A stretch of 64,000 nucleotides of DNA from a virus (Duplodnaviria; Heunggongvirae; Uroviricota; Caudoviricetes). Location of the stretch: the IMG/VR virus record IMGVR_UViG_3300042401_002002, one strand, 5' to 3'. Of this stretch, positions 40,405 to 49,844 are shown in pieces (position 1 is the first letter of the stretch; each line of letters starts with the position of its first letter). The position numbers were made by a program, and so were the translations under genes. The notes under the pieces were generated by a model. That model was not told the origin of the DNA. It saw nothing but the letters and a program-made list of their open reading frames with translations, and did not search any database.

Positions 40405-43400
40405 TCAATTAATACTAATCAAACTACAACCTTTTTCATCAGCTGTTACAGTTAAACTGTAATCAACATTTAATTCATCACTGTAAGCGTGTTCAATGAT
40501 GACTATTTTCTCAATTTTTTCTTTGATTTTATGAATTAACTCAAAGAAATTAGTTACTGAATCACCAACTAGTTTACCTGTTACCTCATCTAAGAATAAA
40601 AAGTTACCTAATGATTTATTATTAATTGACCTTAATGCTAATCTTAATATAATCGAAATAAAGGTCCTTTCCATTCCGGAGCCACCAATTACATTTTGTA
40701 TAGCTGTATTATCATTGTAACTATACATTTTTAATGTCATATTTTCATCAAAATAAACATTAAAGTTACATAAATCATTGATTAAATTATGTATTTCATT
40801 GTTGATGTCTTCTCTCATATTTAATAAGAGTAATTTAGGTACACCATCTCTGTGAATACACTCAACATAACAAGTATTAATTTGTTCTTCAAGTTCTTGT
40901 TCTTGAAATTTACTTATTCTGTCATTAATTGTTTTAATGTTATTTGTTAAGGTTGTAATAACATTATTTTCAATAAAACTAACATTTGCTTTAATTCCAT
41001 TAACTTCATCTTGTAAAGTTTTTAATCTAGCATCGTAAGTATCTATTACCTTTTGAACCTTTTCATTTTCAATAACTTTATTGTTTTCAATAACAACTCT
41101 ATCATAGGTATTTTTATTATTACCTATTTTCAAGTCAACATTTTCAATTAATAAAGGAATGTTGTTCTTTTGGTTAACTAATTGTTGTCTTTTATCGAAT
41201 TCTTCTTTTTCTTTTTCGATTTCAACAATTAATTCCTGGTTTTCTGACATCTTAACAGATGTATCCTCTAAATCTTGTTTGAAACGTATGATATTAGCTT
41301 CAAGTAACTTAATATCATTTTCAAAACCAACCTTTTTACTCTCTTCATTTTTTATTTTGTTTAAAGATTCTGAAATTTTATCCTTTAATGATAATATTTC
41401 TTTGGTATCTTGTTCCTTAATATTATTTTCAAAACATTTAATAGTTTCTAATATACTAAGAATCTCAGGTGTATTATTTTTAGATTCCTCTAACTGGTTT
41501 ATTTCAGTTTTTTTATCATTAATCTTATTTTGAATGATAACTAACTGAGCTTTACCTAATTCTCTGTCACAAGATGGGCAAATTTTGCTTTTATCTAAAA
41601 TTTCTATCTCAGATAAAATATTATTAATTTTAGAATCAATCTGTTTATTAATTAAACCAATTTCTTGTTCTTTTAACTTGATTTTAGATTCTAAATTACC
41701 TAATTCTTTAGTAATATCAGTTTTAAAAGAATCAATAGACCTGTTTAGAAGTAATATATTACCATTGCAAACAGCAATATCATTTCTAACTGAATCAACC
41801 TTATTAGTTGTTTCTTTAATATTCGATTTTACCCCAATAAACTCGTTCTGTAATGAATCTTTTATACCACATAAGGTATTATATCGTTCAATGTTATAAG
41901 TGTCTCTTAGAATTGATATTTTTTGTTCAAGTTCTTTTTGAGAAACAAAATAACTATCTTTTTGTTCAATTAAAACATTTAATTCTTCTTTAAGTTTGTC
42001 AAGTGAAGTGTTAGCTAAGGCTTTGTCAATAGGATGTAACTTTTTAAGTTCATTTTCCTTGTACTCTTGACCTGTTTTTAACCTTTTCTCTCTATCAACT
42101 AAAGAATCATTAAGTTCTTTGATTTTGTCTTTGTTGGTTTGAATTTCATCTTTTATTAATTGAATTTTAACCAATTCATCTTCTACTTTAAGAACTATTT
42201 TTTCTTCTTTTTTATAAAGTTCTTTTTTGTAGTCTTTGTATTCAGCTAATTTTCTTTCAAAAACATCTAAACCTGAATATTTTAAAATACTATCCATAAA
42301 TACTGATTCATCCATTGATAATAAATTATTCAATGTATCAGCATTAACTAAATATAAAGCTAAGAAATCATCAAATGAACCAATTATATTTGATAAATAT
42401 TCCTGGTTTTTAGATTTTTCTTCATCAGTTTGGTTGATTATTTCACCATTACTATCAATAAGATTGATTTTTAATGTTGTTGGACAAGCTGTAATCTTAG
42501 TTTTACTTCTATCCCACTTTCTTTCAGTTCTTCTAACTAAAGAAAATCTAGTTTCATCAACATTTATAATAGCACCTGATTCACAGTAATCTAAATCACG
42601 TTTGTTATTAATAAATCTGTTATCACCATTGGTTTCTCTTTTTAGAGTTTCTAATGTTTTACCATGTAATAAATATAAAATACCTGAAAGTAAATTGGTC
42701 TTACCAACTGCATTTTCACCCATAATTTGATACAAACCGTTGTTTTTATCCCAGTTCATTTCAAATCTATCAGCATGTGAACGATAGTTATCAATATAAA
42801 AAGATTCAATTCTCCAATCTTTTCTTTCAATACTATTAGATGCCCCTAATCTTTTATTAATTTTATTATCTATCTCAATAACTTTGTCAATAAATTCAGG
42901 TTCATAATTTTTATTTAACAAATGTTGTTTAAATACTTGTTGCTGTACATCGTAATTGGTAATATTAACCAAAGATTTTCTAACAAAATCATTCTCAACA
43001 ATTTTATTGTTTCTTATTTTGTTTTCTTTCTTTTTAACTTCAACAACGGTTGGGTATTTGGATTGTATAAATAACTTAATCTTTCTCCAATTTTCACTTG
43101 TAAAATTAATAGCATCATCGGTCCAATCAACTTTTACGTGAGTATATTTCTTAACCTCAGAAGATTTAAGTTTAATATTTAAATTATCGTAATCAATTGT
43201 TTCATCAACACCAGTACCTTTTAAGTAATAGTTAATGTAACTATATTCATTTTCAATCTCAATAAGTTCATGTTTTATGTTTTTAACATCTGAGATGTTC
43301 CATAAAATAAAGCCATGTTTATCAACAGATTCACCATAATTATTTTGATATAATGATGATGGATATGCACCTTTAATTGATTTATCTTTATTATGAAATA

Positions 43401-43983
43401 ACTGATATTGATGTATGTCACCCATTAATAATAAATCACCTTCAAAGTCTTCTAAACTAACATATTTAGAATCTTCAAATTCTTGACCAAAAAATGTTCT
43501 TGAACCATTAATAGGGTCATGAAATAAATCAATAACTAATTTATCTGTTGGTTTGGTAAAACCAGGTTCTAAAACCCAAGGTGATGTCTTGTCGCTATGA
43601 TGCCATACTGACCAAATTACATTTTCATCATTGTAAAATGTGGTCGCATCGTAATATTTAACCTTTGGGTTGTTAATCAAATTGATAACAGTATTTACTG
43701 AATCAACACGATTAACAGCTTTCATGTTAAGGTCATGGTTACCTAATGTAACTCGAACTTCAGCAATTTTAGATAGTTCATTCAAGAACCAACCACCAAG
43801 TTTTTTGGTTTCATTGTTTACTTTATTAAAATCATGAAATAAATCACCAACTATAACTATTCTGTCAGGTTTAACCTCGATTAGTTTTTTGATTGTGTTT
43901 TCAAGAACTTGTTTTTGTCTTGCTTGATACTCAAGTTTATTCATTAAATGAATATCTGAGAGGTGTGCTATGGTTTTTATCAT
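40405..43983 (-). CDS. fused SbcD-SbcC (Mre11-Rad50, gp47-gp46-like) nuclease-ATPase
   Basis: Phosphoesterase SDIH, GDLFH, GNHD, GDIH; Walker A GENAVGKT; coiled coil with CPSC hook; SGMER signature; FLDE; EH. Confidence 0.92.
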   Translation of the reverse strand: MIKTIAHLSDIHLMNKLEYQARQKQVLENTIKKLIEVKPDRIVIVGDLFHDFNKVNNETKKLGGWFLNELSKIAEVRVTLGNHDLNMKAVNRVDSVNTVINLINNPKVKYYDATTFYNDENVIWSVWHHSDKTSPWVLEPGFTKPTDKLVIDLFHDPINGSRTFFGQEFEDSKYVSLEDFEGDLLLMGDIHQYQLFHNKDKSIKGAYPSSLYQNNYGESVDKHGFILWNISDVKNIKHELIEIENEYSYINYYLKGTGVDETIDYDNLNIKLKSSEVKKYTHVKVDWTDDAINFTSENWRKIKLFIQSKYPTVVEVKKKENKIRNNKIVENDFVRKSLVNITNYDVQQQVFKQHLLNKNYEPEFIDKVIEIDNKINKRLGASNSIERKDWRIESFYIDNYRSHADRFEMNWDKNNGLYQIMGENAVGKTNLLSGILYLLHGKTLETLKRETNGDNRFINNKRDLDYCESGAIINVDETRFSLVRRTERKWDRSKTKITACPTTLKINLIDSNGEIINQTDEEKSKNQEYLSNIIGSFDDFLALYLVNADTLNNLLSMDESVFMDSILKYSGLDVFERKLAEYKDYKKELYKKEEKIVLKVEDELVKIQLIKDEIQTNKDKIKELNDSLVDREKRLKTGQEYKENELKKLHPIDKALANTSLDKLKEELNVLIEQKDSYFVSQKELEQKISILRDTYNIERYNTLCGIKDSLQNEFIGVKSNIKETTNKVDSVRNDIAVCNGNILLLNRSIDSFKTDITKELGNLESKIKLKEQEIGLINKQIDSKINNILSEIEILDKSKICPSCDRELGKAQLVIIQNKINDKKTEINQLEESKNNTPEILSILETIKCFENNIKEQDTKEILSLKDKISESLNKIKNEESKKVGFENDIKLLEANIIRFKQDLEDTSVKMSENQELIVEIEKEKEEFDKRQQLVNQKNNIPLLIENVDLKIGNNKNTYDRVVIENNKVIENEKVQKVIDTYDARLKTLQDEVNGIKANVSFIENNVITTLTNNIKTINDRISKFQEQELEEQINTCYVECIHRDGVPKLLLLNMREDINNEIHNLINDLCNFNVYFDENMTLKMYSYNDNTAIQNVIGGSGMERTFISIILRLALRSINNKSLGNFLFLDEVTGKLVGDSVTNFFELIHKIKEKIEKIVIIEHAYSDELNVDYSLTVTADEKGCSLISIN

Positions 43984-44944
43984 TTTCTTGGAAATATTAT
44001 TAGTGCGTTGTGGTTGGATTTAGTAGTAAAGTTTTTTATACGTAACATTTCGATTTTATAATCTAGACCACTTAATAAACCTGTTATGTATAATTTCATC
44101 TTTTTGTTATTATTAATCGGTTGTAGTGAATTTCGGGTATATATCTTTCAGTTTTATTATTAATTCTATGAAAAACTCCACTATTATTGAATAGTACAAA
44201 GTTTGAGTTAGTTATTTTTAATTTCATCTTCTTTCAAAAATTAATAACATGTTATGATTTCTTTTGTTTTGTAAAGTGAATTCAGATGTTATCTCACGTT
44301 TCCAGTTAAACGTTTTCAATAAAGCAGATATATCTAATTTCATCTTTTAAATTTTTTATATAATTTATATAAAATATAACTTTTTAGTGAAAATCCAAAT
44401 ATAACTAAAATTATTATAAAATAACTATTATCTATTTGGAATATTAGATAGATATCTAATAAGCAAGCCACTAATAAGAATATTGATAACATAATACCTA
44501 GTTTCTTAAAGAAATTGAATTCTAATCTTTTGATTGTTTCTATTGTCATCTTGTGTAAATTGTTATGTAATTAATAAAATTATTTATATTTTTACCTGGT
44601 TTATGACTACCTTTCATAAAATTATAATCAGGACTTGTTAAGAAAAAGCTATTGGGTTTACTTATATTTAATTTCATCTTTTGTAAATTATTATTATCTG
44701 TCAAGAATTAATAAACGATTATAATTTATTTTTAAATCACGTCCAGAAGTTATCATGTAATAAGGTGTTATATCACCTAAATAAGGTTTCCAAATTTTTA
44801 ATTTCATCTTTTAAATATTACCATTGCGTTACTCCATCTTTTTATCTTAATTTTACTTTTTTGTTTTCCAACTAAAACATGATAATAAAGATTATCACTA
44901 ACAAAATTAACTTTATACGTACTATTATCTATTTCAAGTTTCAT
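43980..44944 (-). repeat. MKL microgene array 8 (6 ORFs around a 69 aa membrane ORF)
   Basis: ORFs 43980-44099, 44096-44227, 44224-44343, 44546-44677, 44694-44807, 44804-44944. Confidence 0.88.
44340..44549 (-). CDS. small two-helix membrane protein
   Basis: Two hydrophobic segments; ATGA-coupled inside the array. Confidence 0.5.
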   Translation of the reverse strand: MTIETIKRLEFNFFKKLGIMLSIFLLVACLLDIYLIFQIDNSYFIIILVIFGFSLKSYILYKLYKKFKR

Positions 44945-44964
44945 CTTTCTAATATTTTATCTTC

Positions 44965-44990
44965 AACGCAAATCTACATAAAAGGTTGCA
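44965..44990 (-). promoter_or_regulatory. composite promoter TGCAAC-N16-CGTT containing TAGATTTG
   Basis: Upstream of array 8 and sbcDC. Confidence 0.65.
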
Positions 44991-45045
44991 ATAAAACAAA
45001 TAATTTTTAAAAATAGTTTGGTTCTATTTATTAAAAACAAAATCA

Positions 45046-47430
45046 ATGGCTGATAACTTAAATGCAACCAATAAAAGATTAGCTGAAATAAGAGATTTAC
45101 AAGCTGAATTAAATAGATATGTAGGTGTTTATATGGAGAATATTGATTCTTCTAATAAGATTCGTGAAGAAGAAAAAAGAATTATAAAAGAAACATCTAA
45201 AGAACAAGAGAAACAAAATGAAATTGAAAAGGAAAAACAAAAAAGATTAACTAGAACAAAAGGTATTTTAAAATCCATATATGATGAAACAGTAAAACTT
45301 ACTGGTGGTTTTAGTGGTGTATGGAAGTATTTGAATGATGCTGATATTAGTGGTAAGAGTTTGGTAAGGTCTATGGGTCTTAACTCAACTATGACTGCCA
45401 CTATGAATAATAATTTGAGGCAATCAGCTGTTTATGCTGCTCAAATGGGTGTTTCATTTCAAGATTTAGCTAAAGCACAAGCATCTTTTGCTGAATCTAC
45501 AGGCACTATGGCTTTGTTGAATGTAGAGACTCTTGAAAGAATGTCTGAAGCTGCTGGTGCTACTGGTCTTGGTGTTGAACAACAAGCTAAATTTCTAGGT
45601 CAATTACAAAATGTTGGTATAGGTGTTGGTAAGGCTAGTACTGTTGTTGAGAAAACAATGAAGTCTAGTCAAGCTATGGGTTTAAATATGTCTACATCAC
45701 TTAAATTGATGACCGAAAATATGTCAATGATGAACAAATTTAGGTTTGAAAATGGTGTTGAAGGTTTTCAGAAAATGACTCAATTTGCTCAACAACAAAA
45801 AATGAGTATTGAAGGTCTTTCTTCAGCAATGGATAAATTTCAATCACTAGAAGGTTCTATTGAAGCTACAGCTAGGTTGTATACTATGGGTGGTGAGTTT
45901 GCTAAAAATGATGCGTTTAGTTTAGGTTTTAATGCAAGAAATAACCCAGAAGTTTTTGCGCAACAAATAAATGATATGATGAAAGGACTTGCTGTTCAAG
46001 ATTCTAAAGGTATATTTAAAGTTAGTGCGGTTGATATGGACCGTTTAAGGGTTGTATCTGAAATAACAGGTGATAGCGTTGAAAAATTAAGAGAACAAGC
46101 TGTTCAATTATCTAAACAAGAATTTGTTGGTAAGAGTGTATTTGGTAATATTTCTAAAGATGATAGAAATTTGATTGCTAATATAATGGAGCAAGATAAG
46201 AGTGGTACTTTTACAGTTAAAATTGATAATAAAAACTTTAAACTTAATGAATTAGGTGAGTCGCAACTTAGTTTGTTAAGAAAACAAACAGAATCTATAG
46301 CTGAACAAGCAAAAGTAACACAAGATTGGAATAGTGCTTTAGATAATTCAATTAATTCTTTAAAAGCTAATTTATTACCTGTACTTAATGTAATAAATGG
46401 TTATTTAGGTGCTGTAAATAATATAGGTACTAATTGGGTAGCTAATATAGGTAAGGTTATTGCGTTAGCTGGACCATTAATCGCTGGAAAAGCTATTATG
46501 ACAGGTGCTAATTCTTTTATTGGTGGTAAGTTTGATGATATGTTTGATTTAAGTAAAAAAAAGAAATCAACATCATCTTTTTCTTCTGCTGGTGGTTCAA
46601 GTGTTAGTGATTTGGGTAAACTTAAGGATATACCTGATGGACCTGCATTGCAAAGTAGAGCTGCTGGAATTGCAGCAATAGGTGTTGCTGCTTTAGGTAT
46701 TGGTGCAGGTATAGGTGTTGCTGCTTATGGTGCTTCATTATTAGCAGATTCTATTTCTAAATTAAATGTTGAACAAATGAAAACTTTAGCATTTACTATG
46801 GGTGCAATCGGATTGACAATGGGTGGTATTTTAGTGGCTGGTGTTATTGCGCTAGGTTCAGCAAGTGAGTTTGCTGCGCCTGGTTTATTAGCACTTGGTG
46901 GTGCTGCACTTATGGTTGGTGCAGGTATAGGTGTTGCTGCTTATGGAATCGGTACTATGGTTGATAGTTTGGGTAAGGTAGGTAATATTGGTGCTAACAT
47001 TACTTCATTAGGTAAAGGGTTATCTAGTTTAGTTTCTTTAAATACACTTGCAGGTATAACCACGTTAGGTTCTTTAGGGAATACATTAGTTGGTTCTGCA
47101 TCAGGTTTTAGTAGTGCAGGTAATATGTTTAAAAATGTTGGTGAGTTTATGAGTAAACCTGCTAAAAATTTAATTGAACTACAAAATACTATTAAAGCTT
47201 TAAAAGATTTTGATGGTAATAGTATGTTGTCACAGTCAATAAAAGACCTTAATAATGTTATCGCTAAAGGTATAGAAATTAAATTACCAAATAATGGTGT
47301 ACTTAATGTAACTACCAATGTTGATTTGTATATTGATAGAGAGAAACTTGCTACTAGTTTGCAGATTGGTCAAAGAAGTTTTGCTGAATTATTTAAATCT
47401 CAGAAAGGTGTTGCTGCTGTTAAAAGTTAA
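45046..47430 (+). CDS. tail tape measure protein
   Basis: 794 aa helical Ala/Gly-rich protein with repeated GAGIGVAAYG hydrophobic segments; CTATTTA upstream. Confidence 0.75.
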   Translation: MADNLNATNKRLAEIRDLQAELNRYVGVYMENIDSSNKIREEEKRIIKETSKEQEKQNEIEKEKQKRLTRTKGILKSIYDETVKLTGGFSGVWKYLNDADISGKSLVRSMGLNSTMTATMNNNLRQSAVYAAQMGVSFQDLAKAQASFAESTGTMALLNVETLERMSEAAGATGLGVEQQAKFLGQLQNVGIGVGKASTVVEKTMKSSQAMGLNMSTSLKLMTENMSMMNKFRFENGVEGFQKMTQFAQQQKMSIEGLSSAMDKFQSLEGSIEATARLYTMGGEFAKNDAFSLGFNARNNPEVFAQQINDMMKGLAVQDSKGIFKVSAVDMDRLRVVSEITGDSVEKLREQAVQLSKQEFVGKSVFGNISKDDRNLIANIMEQDKSGTFTVKIDNKNFKLNELGESQLSLLRKQTESIAEQAKVTQDWNSALDNSINSLKANLLPVLNVINGYLGAVNNIGTNWVANIGKVIALAGPLIAGKAIMTGANSFIGGKFDDMFDLSKKKKSTSSFSSAGGSSVSDLGKLKDIPDGPALQSRAAGIAAIGVAALGIGAGIGVAAYGASLLADSISKLNVEQMKTLAFTMGAIGLTMGGILVAGVIALGSASEFAAPGLLALGGAALMVGAGIGVAAYGIGTMVDSLGKVGNIGANITSLGKGLSSLVSLNTLAGITTLGSLGNTLVGSASGFSSAGNMFKNVGEFMSKPAKNLIELQNTIKALKDFDGNSMLSQSIKDLNNVIAKGIEIKLPNNGVLNVTTNVDLYIDREKLATSLQIGQRSFAELFKSQKGVAAVKS

Positions 47431-47436
47431 TATTTA

Positions 47437-47469
47437 AAAAAACCTCTCTTATTAATTTAGGAGAGGTTT
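47437..47469. terminator. conserved terminator hairpin
   Basis: After tape measure, convergent genes. Confidence 0.7.
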
Positions 47470-47475
47470 ATTTTG

Positions 47476-47760
47476 TTAAACATTTATCGGTTCTTTTTGT
47501 TTTATGTTATTCATTTTTTCTTTAATAATTAAACAATCAGTTAAAGCATCATTATAATTATCATATACTTTATCAGTATTAAATAACCTATTTAAACCCC
47601 ATGTTTGATATAGTCTTAACCAACCAGGACCTGTTTTAACTATTTCTATCTGAAATATAGATTCATTATCTATAACAAATTTGTTAATTCTGAATATAAA
47701 TTCAGGTTCTTCTATTTTCTTTTTAAAAAGAAGATTTTTAAATGTTTTTATTAGTTTCAT
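47476..47760 (-). CDS. hypothetical protein
   Basis: 94 aa; begins MKLI but lacks the microprotein C-terminal motif. Confidence 0.5.
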   Translation of the reverse strand: MKLIKTFKNLLFKKKIEEPEFIFRINKFVIDNESIFQIEIVKTGPGWLRLYQTWGLNRLFNTDKVYDNYNDALTDCLIIKEKMNNIKQKEPINV

Positions 47761-47827
47761 ATTTATAATTTGGTTAGTAGTTTGTAATAATACATTTTTT
47801 TTATCATTAAAACAAATAATATTAGTT

Positions 47828-48971
47828 TTATTTTGAATAAATTTTAAGATAATTTAATCCATAATCAGTTAACTCTTCGTTAATATTTATGTTGTTTATG
47901 TAAAAATATACTGCTGAATATTTAAACCTAGGTGCTAGTTCAGTTAGGTTATCTATTTTTAGTTTCATCTTGTATATATTGTTATGTAATTAAACCACCT
48001 TTCCCATAATTTATTAATAGTTCTTTCGCCTATAAGTACCTCAAAATCACTTGATTCAGTAAATAACATAGTTTCAAAATTTGTTTCTATTATTAGTTTC
48101 ATCTTGTATAAATTTGAATGTAATTAGTCCAAACAGAAATATCTTTGATTATAAACCTACCCATTAATAATTCATAATCAGCTGAATAAATAAAAATTAT
48201 ATCTGTATCTGTTTGTTGTTTAAGTTTCATCTTTTGTAAATTGATAAATTATCTAAACCGAAAACACCTTTATCTAAACTGTTGATTATTTTGAATAATC
48301 TAGATTTTTTAAAAGGTATATCAGAATATTTTGGTCTGTTTAGTATTTTTAGTTTCATCTCCAATAAACGTTTATGTAATTAGTCCATATTTCCCCTGGT
48401 TCTATTTCACGATGATTAATAAGTAAATCATAATCACTTGATTGGGAAAATCTTAAACTCTGATATTTTTCTATTCTAAGTTTCATCTTTTGTAGATTTG
48501 TATGTAATTAACCCAACTATAAATATCATTTATCTTGCCTTTGCTAGTTAATATTTCGTAATCAACTGAATCAACGAATTTGTTATCTATATCGGTTTGT
48601 TGTTTAAGTTTCATCTCACAAATATACAAATTTTATTGCACCAAAATTTAACTAAATAATGGTCTCCATTATCTGATAATAAGAATCCTTGCATACCTGA
48701 ATGATTAAAATCACCCATATCGTTGTATTGATTAACTTTCATATTAATTTATATTTAAAAAGATAGGTTGTAAATTATATTACAGAACTTAATTGCGTCT
48801 GTTTTTATTTACATTTTTATAATTACAACCTATCTTTTTTTATCTTTTGTAAATGTTTATATTATTAGTCCAATTTTCAACAGGACTTATAATACGTTCA
48901 CCTATTAACAAAATATAATCTAGTGAATTTATAAATTCATTATCCTCTTGGTAAATTACATCTAATTTCAT
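47828..48971 (-). repeat. MKL microgene array 9 (8 ORFs, 128 bp period)
   Basis: Starts 47968, 48102, 48230, 48358, 48486, 48614, 48742, 48971; shared internal S.D[YF]..L...W.N.I.[IV]Y.R motif in five units. Confidence 0.92.
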
Positions 48972-48973
48972 AA

Positions 48974-49711
48974 CTATTCACCAAATATAATAATTTGATT
49001 TAATTTAAGCAATAAATTATCAATATTTTTATCATGTTTATATTGGTTAGATAATCTATTGATAACATTTTCAGGTTCAGGATGAAATAAGAAACTATTC
49101 TTTGGTTTAGTTGCATAAAATTCATACATCTGTTCAAAATCTAAATTATTAACATAAAACTTAGAGTTCTTTAGATTTTTAAACTTAGATAATATTTCTA
49201 ATGCTTCATTAATATTATCTAAAGGTGACCTTTGTTCAAATGCATAAACACTGTCTAAGTTAACGTTATTCAAATTAACTATTTCTGAGTCAACTGTAAT
49301 ATGTGTAATATCTTTATGTTGTTTCGTATTAAACTCAATTGATTTAAATCTAAACAAATATAATACATTAAATTTATCAGACAAATCAATATCAATATCT
49401 AATACTGTTAAATTACTTGCTTCCTCTTCAGTAAATAAATTTAAAACAGAACCATTTTCAGTTAAATTAAAACCTTCAGTGCTATTACTTAGTAGTTGAG
49501 ATATTTTAATTCTATCAGGTATAGTTGAAATATCTAAAGGTTTTTTAATTTCTTTAGTTATATTTAAACTATCTAAATCAATTTTTTCATCTGAAATAAT
49601 AACTTCAGCACCACCTTCTTTAAGTTTGTCTATTAACTTATCGAATTTTTCTGGTGATAATTCGATTGAACCTTTTGGTAGGGGTGAAACTTGTTTTTCT
49701 TCTTGAGGCAT
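48974..49711 (-). CDS. hypothetical protein
   Basis: 245 aa ORF. Confidence 0.55.
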   Translation of the reverse strand: MPQEEKQVSPLPKGSIELSPEKFDKLIDKLKEGGAEVIISDEKIDLDSLNITKEIKKPLDISTIPDRIKISQLLSNSTEGFNLTENGSVLNLFTEEEASNLTVLDIDIDLSDKFNVLYLFRFKSIEFNTKQHKDITHITVDSEIVNLNNVNLDSVYAFEQRSPLDNINEALEILSKFKNLKNSKFYVNNLDFEQMYEFYATKPKNSFLFHPEPENVINRLSNQYKHDKNIDNLLLKLNQIIIFGE

Positions 49712-49844
49712 AGTTATTTTGTTTTACAATGAGAATACAATATTAATAATTAAAAGTTAAAGAACAAAATAATTGTTAATATTTATGTTCTTTAACGTGA
49801 ATTGTTAAGAAAGGTTACGTAGTTATTGTAAATATTTCAAGTTT

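Noticed and set aside
3711-48971. Stop-codon recoding joining the microgenes into long proteins
   Set aside because: Successive units are offset by -1 frame, so TGA or TAG read-through would not fuse them; core genes are intact in the standard code. Programmed -1 frameshifting cannot be fully excluded
47828-48971. Diversity-generating retroelement behind the variability
   Set aside because: No reverse transcriptase or template/variable repeat pair in the window; paralog differences are not limited to adenines
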